The notes under the pieces: generated by a model
What the model was told of the DNA's origin: nothing
Databases searched by the model: none
The model's input: only the letters and a program-made list of their open reading frames with translations
DNA from: an uncultured delta proteobacterium
GTDB taxonomy: Bacteria > Myxococcota > Kuafuiibacteriia > Kuafuiibacteriales > Kuafuiibacteriaceae
NCBI GenBank assembly: GCA_963803435.1
Contig: CAWDML010000006.1
Location: 160,001-224,000, forward strand
DNA length: 64,000 bases
Direction of reading: 5' to 3'
Part shown: positions 32,249-41,544 of the stretch, one piece after another
Layout: every line of letters begins with the position of its first letter
Numbering within the stretch: the stretch's first letter is position 1
Position numbers and translations under genes: made by a program

Positions 32249-33246
32249 GCGCGCATCTCCGCGAGCTTCTCCTTGGCGATGCGGACCGCGGCCTCGTGCG
32301 TGTTGATGCGCTCGCGGTCGGCCCAATCGAACACCTGCCGGAGGAGCCCGGCGACACGATCGGCCTCCTCGACACCGAACCCCGCGCCGATGACGCCGCC
32401 GGCGTTGATGACGAAGTCGGGCGCATAGAGGATGCCCCGGGCGGCGATCTGGTCCGCGTGGCGCGGCTCGACCAGCTGGTTGTTGGCGCCCCCGGCGATC
32501 ACCGCGCACCTGAGACGCCCGATCGTGCGTTCGTCGAAGATCGCCCCCAGCGCGCAAGGTGCAAGCACGTCGACGTCGGCCTCGAGGATCTCCTCGGGCT
32601 TCGCAGGCACGGCGCCGAGCTCCTCCACGACGCGCCGGACGGCCGCGGGATCGAGATCGGTGACCACCAGCTCGGCGCCCTCACGAGCGAGCTCTCCACA
32701 CAGCATGCGGCCCACGCCGCCCACGCCCTGCACGCCGACCCGAAGACCCCGCAGACCCCGCTCGAGCCGACGCTTCACGGCCTCGGCCAACCCGACGAAT
32801 ACGCCGCGACCTGTGGCGATCGTGGTGTCCTGGTGCTGGGTCATCACGTACTGCGTCGTTCGTGCGATCACCTCCATGTCGGCGGCGCCGGTACCGACGT
32901 CCTCCGCCGCGATGTAGCGGCCGCCGAGGCGATCCACCGCGCGGCCGAACGCCATCAGGAGCGCCTCGGACTTGTCGTGCCGCGCATCGCCGATGATCAC
33001 CGCCTTGGCACCGCCTGCAGGCAGGCCTGCAATCGCGAGCTTGTACGTCATCGCCTTGGAGAGCCGCAGCACGTCCGTGAGCGCCTCATCGTCCGAGCCG
33101 TACGGCCACATGCGGCAGCCGCCTCCGGCCATCTGCGTCGGGCCCGCGTCGTGGATCGCGATGATCGACGACAGTCCCGCATCGGCATCGCGCACGAACA
33201 TCACCGTGTCGTGCTGGTCGAACTCAGGGTGTTGAAAGACCGCCAT
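32245..33246 (-). CDS. Leu/Val/Phe (ELFV family) amino-acid dehydrogenase
   Basis: GGCRM, MTYK, GGAKAVI, AEDVGT, GVGGVG, PCALG, GGANNQL, PDFVINAGG. Confidence 0.9.
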   Translation of the reverse strand: MAVFQHPEFDQHDTVMFVRDADAGLSSIIAIHDAGPTQMAGGGCRMWPYGSDDEALTDVLRLSKAMTYKLAIAGLPAGGAKAVIIGDARHDKSEALLMAFGRAVDRLGGRYIAAEDVGTGAADMEVIARTTQYVMTQHQDTTIATGRGVFVGLAEAVKRRLERGLRGLRVGVQGVGGVGRMLCGELAREGAELVVTDLDPAAVRRVVEELGAVPAKPEEILEADVDVLAPCALGAIFDERTIGRLRCAVIAGGANNQLVEPRHADQIAARGILYAPDFVINAGGVIGAGFGVEEADRVAGLLRQVFDWADRERINTHEAAVRIAKEKLAEMRA

Positions 33247-33282
33247 GGCTCGATCACCTTCGAGCAAGCGCCGCGCCACTGC

Positions 33283-33699
33283 TCAGACGGAGGGGGGCGG
33301 GGGGCGGACGGGCGCAAACCAGTCGTCGGGATCGATGTGTCGCACGGTCTGGCCGGGCTCGACCGTCACCGGGATCGGCGCGTGATCGCGGCACTCGGTC
33401 GAGAGGCCGCACACGACCGCACGACTGAAGTGCGCGCGGTAGCCTGGGAAGTACGTCTCGGAGGTCGCGTAGACCAGGTAGGTTCCTGCGGGGACCTCGA
33501 GCCGGTAGTGAATGCCGAGCTCGGTCATCGAGAAGCGCGAGGTGCAGCGCTCGGTCGTACCGTCCGTTGTCGCCGCACAGACCGCGAGATCCGAGGGTGG
33601 AAAGCAGGCCGGGTAGTGGACGTGACCCTCGATCCGGGACGGCCGCGGTGCGGCCACCGATCCCAGGCCGAGGAGCAGGAGCGCGATCATCGCTCTCAT
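33283..33699 (-). CDS. Small secreted Cys-containing hypothetical protein
   Basis: Signal-like N-terminus; YRLEVPAGTYLVYA beta-sandwich pattern. Confidence 0.6.
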   Translation of the reverse strand: MRAMIALLLLGLGSVAAPRPSRIEGHVHYPACFPPSDLAVCAATTDGTTERCTSRFSMTELGIHYRLEVPAGTYLVYATSETYFPGYRAHFSRAVVCGLSTECRDHAPIPVTVEPGQTVRHIDPDDWFAPVRPPPPSV

Positions 33700-33711
33700 A
33701 CGATGACCTGC

Positions 33712-33727
33712 TGCATCCTGCGAGCCA
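33712..33727 (-). promoter_or_regulatory. Putative sigma54 -24/-12 promoter
   Basis: TGGCTC-GCAGG-ATGCA (GG-N10-GC) just upstream of the 33699 start; palindrome TACCGATCGGTA at 33761-33772. Confidence 0.5.
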
Positions 33728-33772
33728 GGCGTGCAGGGGGGTCGAAGTATCGGGAAGACTTACCGATCGGTA

Positions 33773-36309
33773 TCAGCGGATGACGGCGTTCGGAACGTCC
33801 GTCCCCGTGAGCGCGCGATACGAGCGCTGCAGCACCGAGACCACGAACGCCGGGTTGTGGACGCCGCCGCTGTGGTCGCTCTCGATGATCAGCAGGTTCC
33901 ACGCGGCGCGGACCACGTCGGCCTCCGCGGGCGTGGCCGTCGGGATGGCGCCCGCGGCGAAGGCGAAGCACGTCTCCGGATACTCGCTCGGGACCGTCGG
34001 ATCGCACGCCGGATCGCTGACCCCGGCGACATAGTTGCGGAGCAACCGCATTCGCCCGTGGACACCCACCAGCGTCGCAGCGCCGTCCGTATCCACGGGC
34101 CAGAGCGTCCCGGAGGTGGTGGAGATCGCATCGCCGACCAGCTGCTCGAGACCCGCGACCTCGTCTTGGATCCCAGCCACGTCGCCGTCGCCGTCGAAGT
34201 CCCCGTAGGCGACGCGGTCGATCGTCTCGAGGCCCGGGTGGCAGCTCTGGCAGGCCGTCATGTTCTCCACGCCACCCGCGCGGATGTTGAAGGTGTGACC
34301 GCCGACCTGGTGCCGCCCCGGCTGCCCTTCCGCCGGTGTCGCGGCCATGTGGCAGCCGGCGCAGGTCTCAGGGACCGTGGCGTGCGGGCTGACGGGGTAC
34401 GAGCCGAGATCGAACGTCTCCACGTTCTTGCCCAGGTAGACGTCCGCCTGGGCCGGCTGGTGCGGCGCCGATTGACCGGTGAGGGAGAAGGTCTTGCGGC
34501 TGTTGTGGCACTGCATACAGAATCGCGCCTGCACCGACACCTCGAGCGCCGAAGCCGGCGAGCGTCGAGACCGAGCCGTAGACGCGGAGCTGATGGGGAG
34601 TCGGGGAGCCGTCGGGCATCCGCGCTTCACCGTGCGGATCGTGGCAGCCGGCGCACGTCTGCGGCTCGGCCTCGTCGGGGCTGGGGGCCGGCGCGCTCTG
34701 AAGCCCGGTCTTGGCCCAGTCCGCGAAGCCCTGCGTGGAGTGGCAGCTGGCGCAGGTGCCGCGCAGCGCCGGATCGTCCGTGCCGGGCGTGACCAGACCG
34801 GTGGTGAAGCGCGCGTGTGCGGACGCCTTCCACTGGATCCCTTGCACCTGGTACGGCTCGTTGGCGTGACACTGATTGCAGTCGGCGGCGCTGAAGGACC
34901 GGCCCACGGAGATGGTCTGGACGAACGACGCGTGCTGGCTCCCCGGACCGTGGCAGGTCTCGCACCCGATGCTGGCTCGCGAGCGCAGCTCCTCGGGCAT
35001 CGACTCGTAGTTGCCGGGCTGGAGCGCGCTGGGGAAGGTCCATCCCGAGGCGCGCATCACGTCGTCGAAGCCGTTGCTGGCGGCGTCCGGGTTGAAGCCG
35101 ACCGTGTGGCACTCGATGCAGGTCTGGTTGTAGTACGGCGACATGGTGCCATCGATCTGACGCTGGAAGTACGTCGCGTGCTTGGTCTGTGACCAGGGCG
35201 TGTACTTGTCGGTGATCGTTCGGCCCGTGAGCACGAGGTCTGAGGCGTGGCAGCTCTGACATCGGGGCTGTGCGGCGCTGGTGGTCCGACTGCCGATATA
35301 CGAGGCGGCGTTCAGCGTCAGCGATCCGGCGGTGGCCTCGTCGATCCGATACAGCCCCTCGGCGACCGGGTGGAACGCAGGCGTCCGCGTGGTCTCGCCG
35401 GTGAGCACGCCGTCCGCGCACGCGGCGTCGTCAGAGAGCCGGGTGCAGGTCCAGGCGTACGCGCTCTGGGTGGGCGCGGTGAGATACGACAGCGCATCGA
35501 CCGGCACGTTGTCGAGCCCAGGGCTGCGGGCGACGCTCTGCACGGTGACCTGGGCGGTCTTGGAGAACGTGCCGGAGCGGATCGTGAGCTCGAAGACGTA
35601 GCTCGTCTCCGCTACATCGAGCCCCGTGAACCCGAGCACTGTTAGGCGCTCCGGGAGCGCCATCTCGGTGTCGCCGTCCGCGATGAGCGCCTCGAATCGA
35701 GCGCGTGGTGAACGTGGGGGCGGCGGTGTCGGCGCCGCTGAGCGTCACCACCGGACCCGACAGCTGGACCCACTCGTACTCGAACGGAACGCCGCTCGGC
35801 GCCGAGCTGGCCGAGCCGTCCAGCGTGACCTCGGCTCCGAAGCCCGCCTGCCACTGCTTCGGCCCGGCATCGGCGATGAGCGGGTTCAGCGGATCGAGGC
35901 TGAGATCCACAGCCACCACGTCGCCGAGGGCGATGACCAGCTCTGCGCCGGGGCTCGCCTCGTACCCGACCGCCGTCGCGCTCGCGGAGAACACGCCGGG
36001 CGGAAGGTCGATCTCGTAGGCGCCGTCGTCGTCCGTCAAAACGGTGAAGCTGCCGGGCGTGAACCCGACCTCGGCGCCGGCGATCGCACGGCCGGTGAGC
36101 GCGTCGGTCACGGTTCCGCCGGCACGACCGGTGGACGGACCTGCCGGGCCTTGCGGGCCTTCGGGTCCGACCTGACCGTCTGATCCGTCCGTTCCGGGAT
36201 CGCCTTGGGCTCCCGGCGCACCGGCCGGTCCTGCTGGGCCGGGGTCGCCGCTGCAGGAGAACGCGGCAAACGCGAAGAGAGTGGTGAGGGCACGATTGAG
36301 GTGACGCAT
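33773..36309 (-). CDS. Multiheme (9 CxxCH) cytochrome c lipoprotein with collagen-like stalk, carboxypeptidase-regulatory-like and PKD-like domains; two +1 frameshifts (near 35696 and 34521)
   Basis: AFSC lipobox, 13 GXY triplets, DAG...VTLDGSAS...YEWVQ; CQSCH, CIECH, CETCH, CNQCH, CASCH, CAGCH, CMQCH, CAGCH, CQSCH; D.SGGVHNP ending. Confidence 0.82.
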
Positions 36310-36331
36310 GGCTCGAAGTGCCTGGCCCAGG

Positions 36332-36347
36332 AGCAAGACGGAGGCCG
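36332..36347 (-). promoter_or_regulatory. Putative sigma54 promoter for the 9-heme gene
   Basis: CGGCCT-CCGTC-TTGCT (GG-N10-GC). Confidence 0.5.
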
Positions 36348-36386
36348 GATTCCAACGGCCTCGAAAGCGAAGCAGTTGCACCGTTG

Positions 36387-36417
36387 GGTAACGCCCGTGC
36401 GCCGAAGCGGTAACGCC
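36387..36417. promoter_or_regulatory. Direct repeat GGTAACGCC x2, 22-bp period, between the divergent promoters
   Basis: Exact 9-mers at 36387-36395 and 36409-36417. Confidence 0.5.
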
Positions 36418-36447
36418 TACCCGGGTGTTCTGCACTCGAGATCGCGA

Positions 36448-36462
36448 TGGCACGCAGAGTGC
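36448..36462 (+). promoter_or_regulatory. Putative sigma54 promoter for the decaheme gene
   Basis: TGGCAC-GCAGA-GTGC (GG-N10-GC). Confidence 0.65.
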
Positions 36463-36488
36463 GAGGAGGCCGCGCGAAGAGCTTCCAA

Positions 36489-38609
36489 ATGCACAAAGAA
36501 ACACTGGGTAGAGCGATCATCATCGCGGGATTCATCTCGGCCGTCGTGGGATGCGACGGCGCCATCGGGCCTACGGGTCCGGTCGGACCGGCGGGGACGG
36601 CGGGGACCGACGGCGCCGACGGGGTCGACGGATCGAAGGGCGCCGACGGTCTTCCCGGCGCACCCGGTGAGCCGGGCGAGGTCGGCGAGCAGGGGCCGGC
36701 CGGGCCGGAGGGCCAGCAAGGGCCGCCTGGCGACTCCGTGTACATCCCGCGTGACGGCTTCACGCTGGTGGTCGTCCGCGCGGACATCGATGCGGCGCGC
36801 GCCGCGGTGACGTTCCGCGCCGTCGACGAACGCGGCGCCACCATCCCCTACACCGAGCTCGATCGGGTTCGCGGCACCGTGGCGACGCTGGTGATGGCCG
36901 ACGACGGAAGCGGCATCGATCGCTGGCAGTCCTACGTGACCTGCGCCGCGTCGGCGCCCAACCAGAGCACGCGGCAGCCGTGCGTGGAGTCGATCGTCTC
37001 CGGCGCCGAGCTCTCCGGCTCCGCTGTCGAGAACGCCGACCACACGATCACATATAGGTTCAGCGCGCCGATCCCCGCCACCTTCGATCCCGCGTCGACC
37101 CACCGGGTGGCGCTGGAGGGAAGGCGCATCTTCGAGGACAAGACGCTGATCGACAACGCTCAGCTCGACGTCGTCCCCGGCGGCGGGACGCCCGCGACGC
37201 GCGAGCTGGTGACCGACGCGGCCTGCAACACGTGCCACGACGGCCTCGCGATGCACGGCGGCGGCCGCACCGAGACGGCCGGCTGCGTCACCTGCCACAC
37301 CCGCGACCTGGTCGATCCCGACAGCGGGCGGAACCTCGAGCTCTCCACGTTGATCCACAAGATCCATCGCGGCGCCGAGCTCCCCAGCGTGCTGGCCGGG
37401 GAGCCCTACGAGATCATCGGTCACGGCGTGTCCGACTTCTCCACCGTCGAGTTCCCGCAGGATGTCCGCAACTGCGAGTCGTGCCACGATCCGGCGGCCC
37501 GCGACGCGATCCGCTACGCCGACATGCCGTCGATGCAGGCCTGCGGCGCCTGCCACGATCGGACCTGGTTCGGACCGGTCGCCTCGATCCCTGCGGGCTG
37601 GACGGCGCACATCGGGAACCCACAGACGGACAACCTGCTGTGCGGTAGCTGCCACACGGCCACCAGCCCCGGCCTGTCACCGATCATCGATCGCCACCTG
37701 CTCCCGCGAGACGTCCCGGGTGCACCGACGTTCGCAGCCACCATCACCAGCGTGGCGGCCGCGCCGGGCGTCGCCCCCCAGGTCAACTTCGAGCTCAACG
37801 ATCGGAGCGGCAACCCGATCACGTCGACCACCGCGCTCAGCAGCCTCACGTTCATGGCGGCGGGACCGACCACCGACTACGCCACCACCATCCGCAACTC
37901 GGCCCTGGGCGGCAGCGGCGTCGGCACCCTCACGCACTCGGGCGGATCGTCGTACACGTACCGGTTCGCGAGCGCGCTCCCGATCGATGCGTCGGGAAGC
38001 TGGGGCATCGGGATCGAGGGCTATCGCAACGGCGTGCTCCCCGACGGGAGCACGTTCCGTCACGGCACGGTGAACCCGGTCGCCTTCGCCTCGCTCAGCG
38101 GCGGCACCCCGTCTCCCCGACGGGTCGTGGTCGCGAACGCGAAGTGCAACGCCTGCCACGAGGAGCTCTCCGCCCACGGCAACAACCGCGTCGGCGAGGT
38201 CCAGTACTGCGTCATGTGCCACAACCCGACGGCGACCGACGCCGCGCGGCGCCCGCCCAGCGCGTTCCCGGCGGAGCCCATCGACTTCAAGGTCATGATC
38301 CACAAGCTGCACCGCGGCGAAGAGCTGCCGAGCGTGGCAGAGGGCCGCCCGTACATCATCTACGGCTACGGCAACTCGGCGAACGACTTCGGCGAGGTCC
38401 GGTTCCCGGCCGACACCGCCAAGTGCAGCGTCTGCCACGAGAGCGGGACGTACCTGACGCCGTCGGCCGCGGTCTGCACCTCGTGTCACGACGGGTCGGC
38501 GACGCTGGCGCACGCCGAGCTCAACACCACCGGATCGGGCGTGGAGTCCTGCGCCGTCTGCCACGGGCCGGATCGCGAGTTCAGCGTCGAGCTGTCCCAC
38601 CCCGAGTGA
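36489..38609 (+). CDS. OmcA/MtrC-family decaheme cytochrome c lipoprotein with collagen-like stalk
   Basis: VVGC lipobox, 20 GXY triplets, two beta-domain plus penta-heme halves (5+5 CxxCH), IHKIH and IHKLH motifs. Confidence 0.9.
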   Translation: MHKETLGRAIIIAGFISAVVGCDGAIGPTGPVGPAGTAGTDGADGVDGSKGADGLPGAPGEPGEVGEQGPAGPEGQQGPPGDSVYIPRDGFTLVVVRADIDAARAAVTFRAVDERGATIPYTELDRVRGTVATLVMADDGSGIDRWQSYVTCAASAPNQSTRQPCVESIVSGAELSGSAVENADHTITYRFSAPIPATFDPASTHRVALEGRRIFEDKTLIDNAQLDVVPGGGTPATRELVTDAACNTCHDGLAMHGGGRTETAGCVTCHTRDLVDPDSGRNLELSTLIHKIHRGAELPSVLAGEPYEIIGHGVSDFSTVEFPQDVRNCESCHDPAARDAIRYADMPSMQACGACHDRTWFGPVASIPAGWTAHIGNPQTDNLLCGSCHTATSPGLSPIIDRHLLPRDVPGAPTFAATITSVAAAPGVAPQVNFELNDRSGNPITSTTALSSLTFMAAGPTTDYATTIRNSALGGSGVGTLTHSGGSSYTYRFASALPIDASGSWGIGIEGYRNGVLPDGSTFRHGTVNPVAFASLSGGTPSPRRVVVANAKCNACHEELSAHGNNRVGEVQYCVMCHNPTATDAARRPPSAFPAEPIDFKVMIHKLHRGEELPSVAEGRPYIIYGYGNSANDFGEVRFPADTAKCSVCHESGTYLTPSAAVCTSCHDGSATLAHAELNTTGSGVESCAVCHGPDREFSVELSHPE

Positions 38610-38690
38610 GCGGCGTTCGGAGGGAGAAAGCGCGGGCCGGCTGCGTCCTCTTTGAGGCCATCGACACGGCGCTCTCCCCGCTGTGAGGGC

Positions 38691-39968
38691 TCAGGCGTCC
38701 TGAAAGGCCCCGCCCTGAAGCTCCTGGGCGAGCCGGATGACCTCGAGCTCCTTGTCGTCCCTGTTCCCGCCCTCGTGGATCTCGGCCATCTTCTCGAGCG
38801 TCGCTGGATTGAGGACCGCCAGCGCCGCTGCAGCGGCCCGACGGTTGTCCGAGTTCGAGACGTCACCCCCGCCGAGGATCGACTGCATGTGCTGGAGAAC
38901 GTCGTCGCGGTTGTGGTTGTCCTTGAGCCCGTTGGTGAGCTCTCCCGCGAGCTGGGCGGCACGCGGATCGAGCCGCACATCCTGGACGACGTTCGCCATC
39001 AGGTTGCCCATCTGATCCTCGTGGTCGGTGCCGAGCTCGGCGAGCTTGGCGCGCTGGTCGGGCGACAACGTCGCCAGCACCGAGAAGCGATCCCGCGGGC
39101 TGGCGTTGGAGAGCCGGTCGATCGTGTCCCCGTCGAGGTCGCCGTCGCTGAGCCGCTTCGTGAGGTCGGCGCTGATCCCGGCCGCTTCTTGGCTCAGACC
39201 GCCGGCCACCGCGCGGGCGCGTCCGATCACCGCCAGCTCCTTCTCGTCGGGATTCCCGCCGCTGTGGATGTCGGCCATCTTGTCGAGGTTCCCTCTGCCG
39301 AGGCGCGCCAGGACGCCGGACGCCTGCGCCGCGTGGGCCTCGTCCGCCACGTCTCCGCCGCCGAGCGTCTCCTGCATCCGCTGCAGGACGTTGTCGGAGT
39401 CGTCGCTTCCGTCCTGCTTGATGCCGTCGAGGAGCTGGCTGAACTGGCCCTGCACCAGCTCGGGGTGCGTCTGGGCGTCCTCCGCCAGCTTGGCCAGGAA
39501 CTGGCCCGACTTGGTGTCGTCCTGATCGGGGAGCTGGTCGCCGAGATTCTTCAGCTGCGCGGGGTCGAGCGTCCCGAGGACGGCGACGCGCTCGTCGGTG
39601 GACAGCGAGGTCAGGCGCTCCACGTCGTCATCGTTGATCTCGTTGCCGTCGACGCGGACGCGGAGCTCCGCGCCCAGCTCGTTCACGCGCTCGGGATCGG
39701 CGTTGAACGCGCCCGTCCTACCAGGGAGCGGCGCCGTGTTCTGGAGGAGGCGCGCCATCAGCATCTGCTCGTTGGCGCACTGCATCCGATACGCCTGGGC
39801 CGCGCTCTGACGCGTGGGAGCTCGCCCAGTGCCGCCGTCGAGCGGCGTCTGACCGAGCTGCTGAGCGAGCGTCGGATCGAGCAACGTCGATGGGTTGTTC
39901 AGCTGCGCCAGGTAGTTGAGCAGGAGGGGATTGGACGGCGGCAGCCGAAATGGATCGCGATCTCCCAT
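38691..39968 (-). CDS. Hypothetical helical protein with two internal repeats of about 160 aa
   Basis: Strong codon bias; duplicated MQ..LGGGDV and L.KMA.IH.GGN.D.KEL.VI. Confidence 0.75.
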   Translation of the reverse strand: MGDRDPFRLPPSNPLLLNYLAQLNNPSTLLDPTLAQQLGQTPLDGGTGRAPTRQSAAQAYRMQCANEQMLMARLLQNTAPLPGRTGAFNADPERVNELGAELRVRVDGNEINDDDVERLTSLSTDERVAVLGTLDPAQLKNLGDQLPDQDDTKSGQFLAKLAEDAQTHPELVQGQFSQLLDGIKQDGSDDSDNVLQRMQETLGGGDVADEAHAAQASGVLARLGRGNLDKMADIHSGGNPDEKELAVIGRARAVAGGLSQEAAGISADLTKRLSDGDLDGDTIDRLSNASPRDRFSVLATLSPDQRAKLAELGTDHEDQMGNLMANVVQDVRLDPRAAQLAGELTNGLKDNHNRDDVLQHMQSILGGGDVSNSDNRRAAAAALAVLNPATLEKMAEIHEGGNRDDKELEVIRLAQELQGGAFQDA

Positions 39969-40016
39969 GAGGTCGCAGCTTACGGTCGATGGGTGGCATG
40001 TTCGATGACACCGGAA

Positions 40017-40382
40017 TTACACCGGCTCGAGGCCGGTCTTTTCGCGGAGCACCTGCATGAGCGCCTCGTTGTCGGCGAACGTCCCGAACGGAATGTTCCC
40101 CCACTTGCCGCCCTCGAGTTGATACGAGAGCGGCCGCATCGCCTTACCGAGCGCGCCCGCGCCCGGCGCCCACTTCAAGGCCGAGATGCTGCTCCACGGG
40201 ATGGTGCGCGTGCGGATCCAGGTGAGCTCGAGGTGATCATCACGGACGACCGCGCGCGCTTTGAGCGCGATCCACAGCATCAGCAGGGCGGCCGGGAACA
40301 TGAAGATGAGGACCGTACAGATCACGACCATCACCCAGCAAAACACCTTGAACCAGGTCGTCAGACCGAATGTCTTCTCCAT
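40017..40382 (-). CDS. Small membrane protein (two TMs plus PH-like domain)
   Basis: Two hydrophobic helices, then TRTIPWSSI. Confidence 0.6.
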   Translation of the reverse strand: MEKTFGLTTWFKVFCWVMVVICTVLIFMFPAALLMLWIALKARAVVRDDHLELTWIRTRTIPWSSISALKWAPGAGALGKAMRPLSYQLEGGKWGNIPFGTFADNEALMQVLREKTGLEPV

Positions 40383-40473
40383 CGATCACCTATGCTCCCC
40401 TGAGGGCGGATCCGCCGCCGTGATCCACTTCTCGCGTCGTGAACACGGCGGACACCGGCAGCGCGTGTGTGAT

Positions 40474-40503
40474 TGACAGTCAGCGGCCGTCCGCGGACTG
40501 TCA
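40474..40503. promoter_or_regulatory. Near-perfect 30-bp inverted repeat TGACAGTCAGCGG-N4-CCGCGGACTGTCA
   Basis: 12 of 13 arm positions match; lies upstream of a sigma54-like promoter. Confidence 0.55.
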
Positions 40504-40542
40504 GTGAGGGCATACCAGGCCGGCCCTCGTCGGCGTCGCGAG

Positions 40543-40558
40543 TGGACTCCTGCTTGCT
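40543..40558 (+). promoter_or_regulatory. Putative sigma54 promoter of the Rieske operon
   Basis: TGGACT-CCTGC-TTGCT (GG-N10-GC). Confidence 0.5.
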
Positions 40559-40575
40559 GTGTCGAGCTTGCACCG

Positions 40576-41544
40576 ATGGACTATCCCCGTGCACCACCTC
40601 CATTCCCGGCCGGCTGGTACTGCATCGGCATCTCGCGAGCGCTGGCGGCGGGTCAGATCATCGAACGGCGCTTCATGGGACGGGACATCGTCGTCTTCCG
40701 GACGGCCGGCGGACAGGCGTGCGCAATGGACGCGTACTGCCCGCACCTCGGGGCGCACCTCGGTCGAGGGGGGCGGATCGTGGAGGAGTCGATCCGCTGT
40801 CCGTTCCATCATTTTCGCTTCGACACCGGCGGTCGATGCATCGCCACCGGTTACGGCACGCGCCCGCCCAAGTCCGGCGGCGCCCGGACCTGGCCCGTCG
40901 AGGAGCGCAACGGGATCATCCTCGCGTATCACGCCCCCGATCGATCGGCACCGACCTGGAGCGTCCCCGAGATCGATTGGCGCGGCTGGAGCCCGCTCCT
41001 GCTTCGGTCGTGGCGGATCCGCGGACACCCGCAGGAGACGACGGAGAACAGCGTCGACCTGGGGCACTTCGCCGCCGTGCACGCGTATGAGGACGTGCGC
41101 GAGGTCCGGCGCGCCGCCGTCGACGGTCCCCACCTCCACGCCGCCTACCGGATGCGGCGCAAGGTGCGGTTCGCGGGCCTGCCGATCGTCTCGCTGATCT
41201 CCGAGTTCGAGGTCCACGCGTTCGGGCTCGGCTACTCGTACGTCGAGACGCGCATGTCAGACCTCGGGATCAGCATCCGCCAGCTGATCCTCGCCTGCCC
41301 GACGGACGAGGAAGAGATCGATCTGACGGTGGCCCTCAGCGTCCAGCGGGTGGGCATGTTCGGCCCGATTCTGAACCGCGTCCTCCCGCACCTGGCGTTT
41401 CGCGAGTTCTGCCAGGACGTCCAGCAAGACTTCGCGATGTGGGCGCACAAACGCTATGTCCCGCGCCCGCTCCTCGCCGAGGGCGACGGGCCGATCGGGA
41501 CCTACCGGCGCTGGACGCCGCAGTTCTACCTGCAGGATCGATGA
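40576..41544 (+). CDS. Rieske oxygenase, KshA/Neverland (sterol desaturase/hydroxylase)-like
   Basis: FPAGWY, CPHLGAHL..CPFH, ENSVDLGHFAAVH, QDFAMWAHK..P.L..GDGPI..YRRW..QFY. Confidence 0.85.
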   Translation: MDYPRAPPPFPAGWYCIGISRALAAGQIIERRFMGRDIVVFRTAGGQACAMDAYCPHLGAHLGRGGRIVEESIRCPFHHFRFDTGGRCIATGYGTRPPKSGGARTWPVEERNGIILAYHAPDRSAPTWSVPEIDWRGWSPLLLRSWRIRGHPQETTENSVDLGHFAAVHAYEDVREVRRAAVDGPHLHAAYRMRRKVRFAGLPIVSLISEFEVHAFGLGYSYVETRMSDLGISIRQLILACPTDEEEIDLTVALSVQRVGMFGPILNRVLPHLAFREFCQDVQQDFAMWAHKRYVPRPLLAEGDGPIGTYRRWTPQFYLQDR

